From: Polyangiales bacterium
GTDB lineage: Bacteria; Myxococcota_A; Polyangia; Polyangiales; Ga0077539
Assembly (NCBI GenBank): GCA_044229975.1
Contig: JBGARZ010000025.1
Location: 88,714 to 152,713 of the forward strand
DNA: 64,000 nucleotides
Reading direction: 5' to 3'
Every line of letters begins with the position of its first letter. Position 1 is the first letter of the stretch. The position numbers and the translations under genes were made by a program. Below, in pieces: positions 33,438-44,200 of the stretch. A model generated the notes under the pieces. That model was not told where the DNA came from. It saw nothing but the letters and a program-made list of their open reading frames with translations, and searched no databases.

Positions 33438-35030
33438 GTGGTGGTGCCATCCCCGACCCGGCTCCTCGGCGTCCTTGGTGTGGTCGCCTGCGCCTCGTCT
33501 CCGCCGATGGTTCGCTCGACGCGTCCCGTCGCCGACCCGCAGCCCCGCACTCTCCACGCGCCCCGCGTGTCCTGCCGTCCGCCCGAGGCGCCCGACCTCG
33601 TCGCCGGCTATCAGGTGATCCGCTGGCCAACGGCCCCACGTTTCTTGTCCGTCGGCTCGCTCGGCGGCGGGCTCTTCGCGACGACGACGAGCTCCGTCTG
33701 CACCAGCGCCGACGGCGGCCTCTCGTGGCGCCCGCTGCTGGAATCACTGGAATACCCGACGCTTCTCGCGATGGAACACGGCACCGTCGTCGTCCGTGAG
33801 GGCATCGACCCCAACGGCGAGGCGGTCCCGGGCGCCGAGCTCCGCTGGTGGGTCAGCACCGACGGCGGCGAGCGTTGGCGTGACCAGCGCGACGCCCCCG
33901 AGGCCGTCGGGCAGGGCATCACCCGCGTCACCATTCCCCACCTGGGCGAGCGCGAAGCCGTCGTCTGCGGTGGCGTGCTCTTCACCACGGTGGCGCGCGC
34001 GGGCGCCGCGCCCACCCTCATCGAAAGCCTCGATCACGGCGAGGGTTGGCGCCGCGCCCGCGGGCTCGGAGCGCTGCCTCGCGCGGGCGTCGGGGTGCGC
34101 TGCGTGTCGTCGGGCTTCGTCATGGTCGAGCGTCACGATCGATTGCCCATCGCGTTCTCGCGCGACGCGGGCGCGACGTGGCACGCGGTGCGTCCGCCCC
34201 CGGTGGTGGTGCCCGAGGACGACGACGTGGTGCGCGTCGAGCGCGGCTGCGTTCCGATGTTGCAGCGCGGTCTCTTCTGCGAGCTCTACGGTCAGGTGTG
34301 GGTGAGCGACGACGACGGTCGTCGTTGGCACCGCGGCTCGTCTCCCGTCGGCGGCCGGGCCCTGGTCGAGCGCGGAACACAGATCCTCGGCGTCGGCGGC
34401 GGCGTGGCTGAGAGCAATGACGCGGGCCGCCGGTGGATGCTGCGCGCCGCGGGGTCGGGGCGGTCCAACCTCGGGTTGCGCGGCGGCGTCATCGACGACC
34501 GCACCTTCTGGCTGGCGGGCGCCGCGCTCTGGTGGACCGACGACGGCGGCGAGCACTGGTCCGCCACGCTGCTCTCATGGGAGCTCGTCGCGGTGCTCGA
34601 TCGTCGGCGCTGGGTGGGCTTCGTGCGTGGCCCCGACGGCGGTGGCTGTGGTGGCAAGGTCGTGACCACCATCGACGGCGGGCGCTCGTGGCGCACAACG
34701 CTCTCTTCGGTGGCCTCGGTGCGTATGCTCAACGGCGCGCTGCACGCAACGCTCTGCGGCGCTCGTCCGCGCTACCGCACGGGTCGCGACGGACTGACCT
34801 GGCGCCCGCTGCTCATCGAGGCTCCGGCCGACGAGGCCGAGACTGACGGCGCGGCCCACGCCGACGACGGCACCCCGCTCCGTCTGGAGCGCGACGAGCT
34901 GCGCGCGGGAGGGACGGTGCTCGCGTCGGGCTGGCCGCGGGACATCGTCCCGGTGACGGGCCGCTCGGTCGCCGGAACCGTCGACCTCGTGGTCTTCGGC
35001 AACGGCACCGTGCTGCGCCGCGGTCAGTAG
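33438..35030 (+). CDS. BNR/Asp-box repeat beta-propeller lipoprotein
   Basis: Many S/T-x-D-x-G-x-x-W boxes (SADGGLSW, STDGGERW, SDDDGRRW, TDDGGEHW); VVAC lipobox. Confidence 0.8.
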   Translation: MVVPSPTRLLGVLGVVACASSPPMVRSTRPVADPQPRTLHAPRVSCRPPEAPDLVAGYQVIRWPTAPRFLSVGSLGGGLFATTTSSVCTSADGGLSWRPLLESLEYPTLLAMEHGTVVVREGIDPNGEAVPGAELRWWVSTDGGERWRDQRDAPEAVGQGITRVTIPHLGEREAVVCGGVLFTTVARAGAAPTLIESLDHGEGWRRARGLGALPRAGVGVRCVSSGFVMVERHDRLPIAFSRDAGATWHAVRPPPVVVPEDDDVVRVERGCVPMLQRGLFCELYGQVWVSDDDGRRWHRGSSPVGGRALVERGTQILGVGGGVAESNDAGRRWMLRAAGSGRSNLGLRGGVIDDRTFWLAGAALWWTDDGGEHWSATLLSWELVAVLDRRRWVGFVRGPDGGGCGGKVVTTIDGGRSWRTTLSSVASVRMLNGALHATLCGARPRYRTGRDGLTWRPLLIEAPADEAETDGAAHADDGTPLRLERDELRAGGTVLASGWPRDIVPVTGRSVAGTVDLVVFGNGTVLRRGQ

Positions 35031-36295
35031 GCCGACTGGTTGAACTCGACGTTGGCGTTCGAGTTGGAGCGTCGCGCCGGGCGCGCGGAGGTCGGCCGCG
35101 GGGCAGAGGGCTGGGCCGTGGCCGCGGAGGTCGCCGTGCGCGGCACCGACGGGCTGACCTGCCCGGCGAGCGAGGTCGGGTCGGCCGCAGGCGTGAGGTA
35201 CTGGGCTCGCACGCGGGTCGCCTCCTCGGGGTTGCCCGCGCGGTTGAGGGCGTTGACGAGGTCGCGCGCGATGGCCTGCTGCTCGGAGGGCGGCGGGTTG
35301 AGCCGCAGCGCCTGTCGGTAGCCCGCGATGGTCGCGTTGAGGTCACCGCGCGCGGCCGCGCTGTCGGCGCCGGAGCGCGCGGCCGTCCACGTGGTGGGTG
35401 CAGGTGCCGGCGGCGGAGGGCCCGCTTGCTGGAGTTGCCGCTCCTCGTCCATGGGTATCGGCGCTCGCCCGTAGCTGGAGGCGCTGCCCGGGGCGACGGG
35501 TGCCTCCGGCGGCGCCGCGGCAGCCGCGACGGGAACCTCTGCCTCCGCGGTCGCCACGTTCATCCGTTGCTGCTGCTGGCGCGTGTCGCCCGTCGCGGTG
35601 CCCCGGTCGGCAAACACTCCCTCGTCGCGCGCCGATCTGGCGCCTGACCCCGCGAGACCACCGCGCGCATTGGCCGCCAGATCGAGCCCGCTGGAGCGGC
35701 TCGCGACGCGACCCTCGAAGGGCGCTGCTGGCCCTGGCGTCGCGGTCGCCCGAGCGACCGGTGCCCGGGCGCGCATGGTGGGGGTCGTCGCCTGCGCCAC
35801 GACCGTGGGCGCGGGAGCGCTCGGCGTCGGTCGCAGCTCTGTCGCTGGAACGACCTCCGGCTGCGTCATCTCCGTGGTGATGGACTGCGTGGGTGATCGC
35901 AGCGGCATGTAGCGCAGCCCGAGTCCGACCATGAGCATGAACACCGCGGCCATCGCTACCTGTCGGCGCATGGCGAGCTCACCGACGCGCTGCAGCCAGC
36001 CGGCGGCGCGCGCCTCGCGGGCTCGCTCGATGGGGATGACGGCCGACACCCGCCCCGACACCGCGGCGGGGACGGCGACGGTGGCGGAGAGCGCGGCCAT
36101 CACGGCCGCGGAGGACGGGGGCGCGTCGGGGAGGGCGAGGCGGGCGGCGAGGATGCGGGTGCGGCCGAGGCGCTCGCTGGCGGCGCGGCACTCATCACAG
36201 TCGGCGAGGTGGGCGCGCACCTCGCCGGCGCGAGCGTCATCGAGCTCGTCGTAGTGCAGGTCCAGCAGGAGGTCTGAGCAGGTTTCGCAGTCCAT
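35024..36295 (-). CDS. Zinc-finger (ZAS) anti-sigma factor with TM helix and C-terminal TPR-like region
   Basis: HLADCDEC (HxxxCxxC) motif, one TM segment, directly downstream of an ECF sigma gene. Confidence 0.85.
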   Translation of the reverse strand: MDCETCSDLLLDLHYDELDDARAGEVRAHLADCDECRAASERLGRTRILAARLALPDAPPSSAAVMAALSATVAVPAAVSGRVSAVIPIERAREARAAGWLQRVGELAMRRQVAMAAVFMLMVGLGLRYMPLRSPTQSITTEMTQPEVVPATELRPTPSAPAPTVVAQATTPTMRARAPVARATATPGPAAPFEGRVASRSSGLDLAANARGGLAGSGARSARDEGVFADRGTATGDTRQQQQRMNVATAEAEVPVAAAAAPPEAPVAPGSASSYGRAPIPMDEERQLQQAGPPPPAPAPTTWTAARSGADSAAARGDLNATIAGYRQALRLNPPPSEQQAIARDLVNALNRAGNPEEATRVRAQYLTPAADPTSLAGQVSPSVPRTATSAATAQPSAPRPTSARPARRSNSNANVEFNQSAY

Positions 36296-36299
36296 GGCA

Positions 36300-36989
36300 T
36301 CACCCGAGGGTGCGGGCGTAGTCCTCGTACTCGACGAGAGAGGACTGCAGCCGCTCGAGAGCGTAGCGCATCCGAGACTTCACGGTGTTTTCCGGGGCGC
36401 CGACCACGTCGGCGATCTCCTTGAACGACAGGTTGGAGTACTCGCGCATCACGAACACCTCCCGCTGATCGTTGGGCAGCGACTCGATGGCCGAGGCGAG
36501 GCTGCGCTGGAGCTGATGCCCGATGGCCTGCCGATCGGGCACGGCGTCGTTGGCGGCGACGGAGTCGCCGAGCGTGGCGCCCTCGTCCTCGCGGGGTTGA
36601 TCGAGGGAGGGGTGCCGACGGTGCACGGCCTTCCGCGCGTGGTCGATACAGAGATTCCGGGCGACCGTATAGGCCCAGGTGGTGAAGCGCGAGGCGCGCT
36701 GGAAGTCCCGCGCCCCTTGAATCATGCGCAGCCACGCGTCTTGGAGAATCTCGTCGGCGGTGGCCGGGTTCTTCACCGATCGGAGGATGAAGTGGAAGAT
36801 GGGCGTGCGGTGTCGGCGCATGAGTTCCTCAAAGGCGCGGGCCTCCCCCTCCCGAAAGCGGTCGAGCAGCAGTTCGTCGCTGAGCGTTGCGAAGCGTTCG
36901 GCGTTCACTGTGCCAGGCACGTTGGGATCTTGGAGGTCGTTGTCTACGAGCACCTTGGGACGCACGGCGGACGCGGACGGTCTTCCCAT
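36300..36989 (-). CDS. ECF sigma-70 factor
   Basis: AFEELMRRH, ADEILQDAW, FTTWAYTVARNLCIDHARK, TVKSRMRYALERL. Confidence 0.93.
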   Translation of the reverse strand: MGRPSASAVRPKVLVDNDLQDPNVPGTVNAERFATLSDELLLDRFREGEARAFEELMRRHRTPIFHFILRSVKNPATADEILQDAWLRMIQGARDFQRASRFTTWAYTVARNLCIDHARKAVHRRHPSLDQPREDEGATLGDSVAANDAVPDRQAIGHQLQRSLASAIESLPNDQREVFVMREYSNLSFKEIADVVGAPENTVKSRMRYALERLQSSLVEYEDYARTLG

Positions 36990-37187
36990 CCGTGACCGTG
37001 ACCCATGTGTGACGCAACGGTCGGGCGTCAGCAGGGGACGATACTAGGTCAGGTCGGGGACGCGGGTCCATCGCGACATTGCTGACGGCGCGACGGAGGC
37101 TCACCGGTGCGGCCGACGTGCGCGTTGACCCTCGGGAGCCCATTGGTATAAACCCTCGCAGCGATTCGAGCGGTACTGCCCGATAAC

Positions 37188-37970
37188 GTGGTGAGACGGA
37201 GGGTGCGCGTGCAACGGCAGAGTCTGCTTCGATGGTTGGTCCCGGCGGCCGTGACCCTGTGCCCCTTGCTCGCCACCGCGCAGCCCGCGCCTGCTCCGGC
37301 GCCCACCGACGCGCCCGCGGCACCGGTCGTCGTCGCTGCGCCGGTCACGCCCTCCGCGACGACGCTCTCCGTCGCGCCGCCCGCGCCCGTCACGGGTAGG
37401 TCGGTCACGCTGCGCGAGATCGACCGCGAGATGACGGCGCTCTCCAACGACCTCACGCAGGCGCACACGCGGCTTCAGCAGCTCACGACCACGGTGCTGA
37501 GCCAGGTCGGCGGCGGTGGCGCCCAGCTCATCATCGAGCACCAGAACGACATGGGGTCGACGTTCCGTCTGGCGCGCGCGACGTACAGCCTCGACGGGGC
37601 GACCATCGGCACCCGCGTCGATGAAAACGGCTCGCTCGCCGAGCAGCACACCTTCCCGGTCTTCGACGGTCGCATCACGTCGGGCGAGCACACCCTCACC
37701 GTGAGCCTGGAGTACCAGGGCAACGGCTTCGGGATCTTCTCGTACATCCGCGGCTACACGTTCCGCGCGCGATCGGTGCAAGCCTTCAGCGTGCCTGAAG
37801 GGCGCGGGCTGCGGCTGACGGTGGTGGGGTACGAGCGCGGCGGGCCGACCGTCGCGGTCGAAGAGCGGCCGGCGATCCGGTACACGCAGCAGGTGATGAC
37901 GATTCCCGAGGCGCAGGCGTTGACCCGCGCGTCAGTGGGCGGAGCGGCGACAGCGCCGGCGGCGCGATGA
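37188..37970 (+). CDS. Secreted coiled-coil plus beta-sandwich protein (paralog 1)
   Basis: Signal peptide; HQNDMGSTFRLARATYSLDG shared with the next gene. Confidence 0.75.
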   Translation: MVRRRVRVQRQSLLRWLVPAAVTLCPLLATAQPAPAPAPTDAPAAPVVVAAPVTPSATTLSVAPPAPVTGRSVTLREIDREMTALSNDLTQAHTRLQQLTTTVLSQVGGGGAQLIIEHQNDMGSTFRLARATYSLDGATIGTRVDENGSLAEQHTFPVFDGRITSGEHTLTVSLEYQGNGFGIFSYIRGYTFRARSVQAFSVPEGRGLRLTVVGYERGGPTVAVEERPAIRYTQQVMTIPEAQALTRASVGGAATAPAAR

Positions 37971-38773
37971 GGCAGTCAGTGAAGAATCGAGACGGCATGC
38001 GGCGGTTGACGGCGACGGCGATGGTCCTTGCGGCGATGGCTCCTGGCGGGGCAGCGCTCGCACAGCAGCTCAGCGACGGCGGTACCACCCAGGCGGCAGC
38101 CGACAGTGGCGCCGTGCTCGTGGCGTCGCCCGTCTCGCCCGTGCTGACGGCGGCGGCGGTCCCGACGGACGACGGCGGAACGGTCACCGGCGAGCAGTAC
38201 GTGGTTCGCCTGCGCAACCTCGAGCAGCGCATCAATGAGTTGAAGGAGGAGATCTTCCGCTCGAAGGCCCGGCTCTCGCTGCTGGCCGAGTCGGTGCTGC
38301 AAAACGCCGTCGGCGGCTCGCGCGCGCAGATCGTCCACCAGAACGAGATGGGCGGCTCCTACCGCCTCGCCTCGGTGGTGTACTCGCTCGATGGCGCGCC
38401 GATCTTCAACCGCGAAGACGACTCCGGTGCGCTCGCCGATCGCCACGAGTTTCAGGTCTACAACGGGCAGATCGGTTCGGGCGATCACAGCCTCGGCGTC
38501 AACCTCACGTACATCGGCGCGGGCCTCCCCTACATGCGCGGCTACCGCTTCTCGGTGCGCTCGACGCAGAGCTTCTCCATCCCCGAGGGCAAGGCCATCC
38601 AGATCCGGGTGGTGGGCTTCGAGAAGGGCGGCCCCTTGGAGTCGCCCGAGAGCCGCCCCGCGGTGCGCTACGTCCAGCGGGTGATCTCGCTGCGCGAGGC
38701 CGCCGAGGGCGCTGAAAACGCCCCGGCCACCGCCCCGACGACGGCGCCCGCGAGCGCAAGCGGAGCGCGATGA
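37967..38773 (+). CDS. Secreted coiled-coil plus beta-sandwich protein (paralog 2)
   Basis: HQNEMGGSYRLASVVYSLDG; ATGA overlap with the previous gene. Confidence 0.78.
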   Translation: MRQSVKNRDGMRRLTATAMVLAAMAPGGAALAQQLSDGGTTQAAADSGAVLVASPVSPVLTAAAVPTDDGGTVTGEQYVVRLRNLEQRINELKEEIFRSKARLSLLAESVLQNAVGGSRAQIVHQNEMGGSYRLASVVYSLDGAPIFNREDDSGALADRHEFQVYNGQIGSGDHSLGVNLTYIGAGLPYMRGYRFSVRSTQSFSIPEGKAIQIRVVGFEKGGPLESPESRPAVRYVQRVISLREAAEGAENAPATAPTTAPASASGAR

Positions 38774-41241
38774 AGCGCGTCGGAATCCGAGGCTGGGGCC
38801 TGCGCGCGGCGCTCGCGGTGCTCACGGCGCCGTCGTTCGTCGCCGCGCAAGACCTTGGCGAGGTGGGCTCGCAGCTCTCGGTGCTCGAAGGGCAGGCCGC
38901 GCAGATCGGGCAGGCCGCCACGAGCGCCGCCGCGACCCCCGCGCGCCAGGGCCCCGACTACCAGGAGCGCTTCGCCGACGCCGAGCTGCTCTACCGTCTG
39001 CGCGACTACGCGCGGTCGGCGGTTCTCTTCACCGACATCGTCGAAAACTACGCCAACACGCCGGCGTTTCCGCAGGGCCTGTACCTGCTCGGCGACGCGC
39101 TCTTCCAGGCGGGCGACCGCTACGGCGCGCGGACCCGCTTCCGCCAGGTTCTCGACCACGCGGGTGAGCCGGTGTTTCGCCCCTTCGTGCAGCGCGCGCT
39201 CGGGCGCCTCATCGAGATCGAGATCGCGCTCGGCGCCAACGACGAGGACAGCAGCCGCCGGGTCGAGGAGTACTTCCGCCGCCTCGGGCAGATTCCTCCC
39301 TCCGAGATCGAGGCGCAGACCACGTACATCCGCGGGAAGTTTCTCTTCCTGCGAAGCAACCCCGACCTCGATGGCGCGCGTCAGGCCTTCGAAGCCATCC
39401 CCGCCACGGCGCCCATCTATCCCCAGGCCCGGTATTTCCTGGGCGCCATCCTCACGCTGCGCCAGCAGTACCCTGAGGCGATCGAAGCCTTTCAGCGCGT
39501 GAGCCAGCTCGAGGCCGACGGCCCCGATCAGCAGCGTGTGGTCGACCTCTCCATCCTCGCCGTCGGTCGCCTCCAGGTCGAGCGCGAGAGCTTCGATGCG
39601 GCCATCGAGAGCTACCAGCGCATCGGTCGCAACTCGGCGTACTTCGACCGCGCCCTCTTCGAGCAGGCGTGGGCGTACATCAAGCTCGGCGACGCCATCC
39701 GCGCCGAGCGCGCGCTGGAGATTCTCGCCATCTCCGCGCCCGACTCGCCGCTCATCCCCGAGGGCAAGCTCCTCTGGGGCAACCTGCTCCTGCGTACGGG
39801 CCGCTTCCAGCGCGCGCAGCAGGTGTTTCAGGAAGTGCGCGACCAGTTCGGCCCCGTCTATCAGCAGATCGCCGCGGCCAACGGTGGGGCCAACCCGGAG
39901 CGCTACTTCCAGGAGCTCATCCGCTCCAACCTCCAGGTCTTCGACGCGAGCAGCTTCCTCCCCGCGCAGGCCCTCGCGTGGGTTCGGCAGGAGGGCGGCC
40001 TCGACAACAGCCTCCGCGTCATCTCCGACCTCAACACCTGCCGCACCTACGTGCGCGAGGCGACCGACCTCATCGACCGCCTCAACGCCGCTCTCAACGC
40101 GCCGTCGCGCTCGCATGTATTCCTCGACCTCGGGCGCGCCAGGCAGCGGGTGTGGCAGGCGCTCAACCGCAGCACGCAGCTCCGCGAGTCCGTGGCGCTC
40201 GCCATGGACGCCAACGTCGACGCGGGCAACGTCGAGCTCCAGGGGGTCATCAGCCAGCGCCGCGCGCTCGCCGCGCAGATCGCCCGCCTCCCGGTCGACG
40301 ACGACGGCCTTCGTCGCCGCGATCGACAGGCCGACAACGAGCTTCAGACGCAGTCGCAGACGCTCCAGCGCAACCAGCAGCGCGTCGACGGGCTCGAGGC
40401 GATGATCGTCGCCATGGAGCGGTACCTCGCCGATCCGTCACACCAGAGCGCCACGCTTGACCGTGCCCCGATCGAGGCCGAGCTCGCACAGCAGCGCTCC
40501 AACCTCCAGGGGCTCCGCGACCGCGTCACCAACATCCGCCGGATGATCAGCGCGGCTCGCTCGCAGATCGGTCCGGGTGACCCGCGGTACGCGCACGACG
40601 TCGAGATGCGGGCGCAGCTTCGTGACCTCATCAACCGTGAGGCGACGGCTCTTCGCGCGGCGGGGCGCATGCCCGGTCAGGCCGACGGACTGCTCGCTCG
40701 CATCGACCAGCTCGATCAGCGCATCGAGGAGGCCGATGGTCGCGTCAACGCCGCGGTCGACCAGCGCATCGTGACGCTCGTCAACCAGGTGCAGCAGGAG
40801 TCGACCCGCGTGGAGGGCTACCGCGTACGCCTCGGTGCCCTGGAGCGCGAGGCCGAGGACGTGGTGGGCAACCTCATCCAGCGGCAGTTTCGCCAGGTGC
40901 AGTTGCAGTTCTACCAGATCGTGATGCGCGCCGACCTCGGCCTCGTCGATGTCGCCTGGGAAGAGCGGGAGGAGCACAACAACCGCGCCCGCCTCCTCGC
41001 CGAAGAGCAGAACCGCGAGATCTCCGCGCTCAACGACGAGTTCAGCGAGGTCGTCGAGGGCGCCTCTTCTGCCGACTCCGCGCAGCTCACCGGGCAGCGC
41101 GCCGCGGGCGCTGACGGCGCCACGCCGACGACCACTCCCGCGCCGGGGCAGACCCCCGCGCCGACACCCGCCCCGGCCCCGACGCCGGGCGCGACCACGC
41201 CCGACACCACCGCGCCGCAGGCGCCGGGGGCGGCGCCATGA
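38770..41241 (+). CDS. Periplasmic TPR plus coiled-coil protein (GltC-like)
   Basis: Signal peptide, tandem TPRs, long coiled coil, C-terminal ADLGLVDVAW; operon context. Confidence 0.7.
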   Translation: MKRVGIRGWGLRAALAVLTAPSFVAAQDLGEVGSQLSVLEGQAAQIGQAATSAAATPARQGPDYQERFADAELLYRLRDYARSAVLFTDIVENYANTPAFPQGLYLLGDALFQAGDRYGARTRFRQVLDHAGEPVFRPFVQRALGRLIEIEIALGANDEDSSRRVEEYFRRLGQIPPSEIEAQTTYIRGKFLFLRSNPDLDGARQAFEAIPATAPIYPQARYFLGAILTLRQQYPEAIEAFQRVSQLEADGPDQQRVVDLSILAVGRLQVERESFDAAIESYQRIGRNSAYFDRALFEQAWAYIKLGDAIRAERALEILAISAPDSPLIPEGKLLWGNLLLRTGRFQRAQQVFQEVRDQFGPVYQQIAAANGGANPERYFQELIRSNLQVFDASSFLPAQALAWVRQEGGLDNSLRVISDLNTCRTYVREATDLIDRLNAALNAPSRSHVFLDLGRARQRVWQALNRSTQLRESVALAMDANVDAGNVELQGVISQRRALAAQIARLPVDDDGLRRRDRQADNELQTQSQTLQRNQQRVDGLEAMIVAMERYLADPSHQSATLDRAPIEAELAQQRSNLQGLRDRVTNIRRMISAARSQIGPGDPRYAHDVEMRAQLRDLINREATALRAAGRMPGQADGLLARIDQLDQRIEEADGRVNAAVDQRIVTLVNQVQQESTRVEGYRVRLGALEREAEDVVGNLIQRQFRQVQLQFYQIVMRADLGLVDVAWEEREEHNNRARLLAEEQNREISALNDEFSEVVEGASSADSAQLTGQRAAGADGATPTTTPAPGQTPAPTPAPAPTPGATTPDTTAPQAPGAAP

Positions 41242-44200
41242 GGGCTTCCATGCGATGGCGGTTTGGTCTTCTGTTGATCGTGGCTGTGCTCGTCGGGCGC
41301 GTGCGCTCCGAGGCGCAGCCGCTTCCGAGCCCTCCCGACGCTGGTAGCGTCGACGCTCAGTCGGCCACCAACACGAGCGGCGCCATGACCTCGGGGAGCG
41401 CCGACGCCGATGCCGCCGTGGCCCCGCGCCCGACGTCGACACCGACGCTCACCGGCGGTCCGCCCGAGATGCGGGCCCGTCCGGCGCCCACCCCTCAGCA
41501 GGTCGAAAACCTGCGCCTGCTGGAGGCCGAGGTCGACGGCTTCCTCCAGCGGGGCCAGGGGTTTCGCAGCTCTGTCAACGGGCTGCTCTCGCGCGAGCAC
41601 GATCGCCAGCTCGGTCGCCTTCGCGCGGGCTTCGATCGCCAGATCCAGGCCGAGCGCGCGGCCGAAGGCGAGGCGCGACGTCACGCGATCCAGGTGTTCG
41701 AGCGCTTCCTCGAGACCTACCCCGAGGACAACGAGCGCACGCCCGACGTGATGTTCCGCCTCGCGGAGCTCTACTACGACGAGTCGGCCTACGCGCGCCT
41801 CTCGGCCATGGACGTGGCCGACCATCGCCGCGAAGAGCTGCGCGGTCAGGGCCTGCCTGTCGACACGGTGCAAGACCCGCCGATCGACTACCGCTGCTCG
41901 ATCCTGCTGTACCGGCACATCATCTCGCGCTTCGCGCGCTTCCGGATGAGCGACTCGACGCACTACCTCCTCGGCTGGGTGTTGAAGGAGATGGGCCGCG
42001 AGGACGAGGCCATCAACGCCTACAAGGGCATGGTCTGCCCGTCGCGCTTCCACTACGACTCCGCCTCCGGGCTCGATCTCGCGGCGCCGTTGCAGCCCAA
42101 CGATCAGCCCGTGGTGTGCCCGCACCTCTTCGACATGCTGCGCCCGCGCGCGCCCGAGCTCGTGTCGCCCGCGCCGCCCGTGGTGGCAACCCCGGGCAGT
42201 CCTGATGCGGCCGCGCCGGTCGTTGCGATGCCCGAGCTCGTGGGCAACCAGACCGTCCCGATTCCGCGCGACTACCAACAGTGCGAAGCGATGCGCGGGC
42301 CCAACGACCTGCCGTCCCGCTACGCGGGCGAGGTCTGGTACTACATCGGCGACTATCACTTCGACAGCGCGCGTGATGATGAGGGCAACGCGTGGTCCAT
42401 CGCCGCCTACCAGGCCGCGATGCGCGCGAGCCTCCGGCCCCGACCCGTGGTCGCCAACCGCGCGCCGGTCGCAGCCATCCAGGGCGCTGGAGAAAACACC
42501 ACGCAGATGCCCGCGGCGGCACGCGCGCAGTTCGACGCGGCCACCGAGTACGGCGTCTTCTGGTCGAAGTCGCTCTACAAGGTCGGCTGGGCGTTCTTCC
42601 GCATGCAGAACGGCTACCCCGAGGCGCTTCGCAACTTCGGCCTGCTGCTCGACTACTACGACTACGTCGGCACTGAGGCTGCGACGCAGGGCAACCGCAC
42701 CGACACCATCAAATGGATCGGCGTGATCTTCTCGGAGAGCAACTGGGGGACTGCGCCCAGCGACGACGGTGATCGCTGCCAGGTGCTGGTCGATCAGATC
42801 GCCTCGCCACCGGCCGACGCGCCGCGTCCCTTCGACTGCGCGGGCATCTTGAGGGTCGTGTCGCCCGCCGACCCGGCGCAGATCGCGGCCGTTCGCGAAG
42901 GCACCGGGGCGCAGCGCGCGGTGCCGGTCCCGGGGCGTCCGACGTACATCGCGCAGGACCGCCCGTGGACGCCGGAGGCGTACCTCGAACTCGCCGACGA
43001 CTACTTCCAGCAGACGAAGTACTACGAGGCGATCACGCTCTACCGTTTGTTCCTGGCGCTTTACCCGCTGCACGAGCGGGCGCCGCGTGTGGCCGTGAAC
43101 ATCGCCACCGCGTACGAGCGACAGCGCCAGTTCGATCGGGCCATCGATTCCCGCGGCGACCTCGGTCAATACACCGAGGGCAGCGCGTGGTGGAACGCCA
43201 ACAACAACCACCCCGACGCCCAGCGTTTCGCCGACACGGTCGCGCGCAACTCGCTGCACGACGCGGCGCTCCATCACCACCAGGAGGCCGGGCGGCTCCG
43301 ACGGCAGGCGCTCACGCTGGCGGGTCAGGCGGGGGGACAGACGGGCGCGCAGCAGGCGCAGACCAACGCCGAGGTGCTCGCGAGGCTGCGACAGGCCGAC
43401 GCGGAATACCGCGCGGCCGTGCAGGCCTACACGCGCTTCGTCGAGAACTATCCCAATGACGAAGCGGCGTATGAGTTCCGGTACAACCGGGCCGACGCGC
43501 TGTACTGGTCGCGCAACTATCAGGAGGCCGCACGCGCCTACACCGAGGTGCGCGAGTCCAACGAGAACGACCAGTACATGGCCGCGTCTGCGTTCATGGC
43601 GGTGAAGTCGCAGGAGGCCTTCGTGCGCACGGAGGCCCAACGGCGGGCGCTCGACCCGTGCCTCGCGGCGCGAGCGGGCATTCCCCCGGAGCAGCTCAAC
43701 GACGAGGGCGGCGCGCGGCTGTTGACCGCGGAGCAGGTGACCACCTGCACGGCACCGCCTGCCACGGGCACCACGGTCACCGAGCTCAATATCCCCGCGC
43801 CGGTGCAGGCGCTCATGGACACACGACTTGCCTACGCGAATCGGGTGCCTGCGAGCCTCGACAACCCGACGGCGCTCGCTGACGTCGTCGCTGGGGAGGA
43901 TCCCAACAACAGTCCGCCGTTCCGACCGAAGTTCGCATACCTCAATGCGCGGACGCTGCTCCGCTTCGGGCACGTGACGCAGGCCGTATCGCTCTACCGC
44001 GAGATCCTGGACGTCTACTGCAATGACGCGACCGTGGCGGGAGCGTCCTACGCCGATCTCAACAACCTGTTCGTCACGCAGGGGCGGCAGGATGAGGTCG
44101 AGCAGTTGGCGCACGACCAGGAGGCGCGGACCTGTCAGGGCGTCAATCCGGACGAGCTTCGTCGCGTCAGAATCGGCCGGGAGTTCCGTCTGGCGCTTGA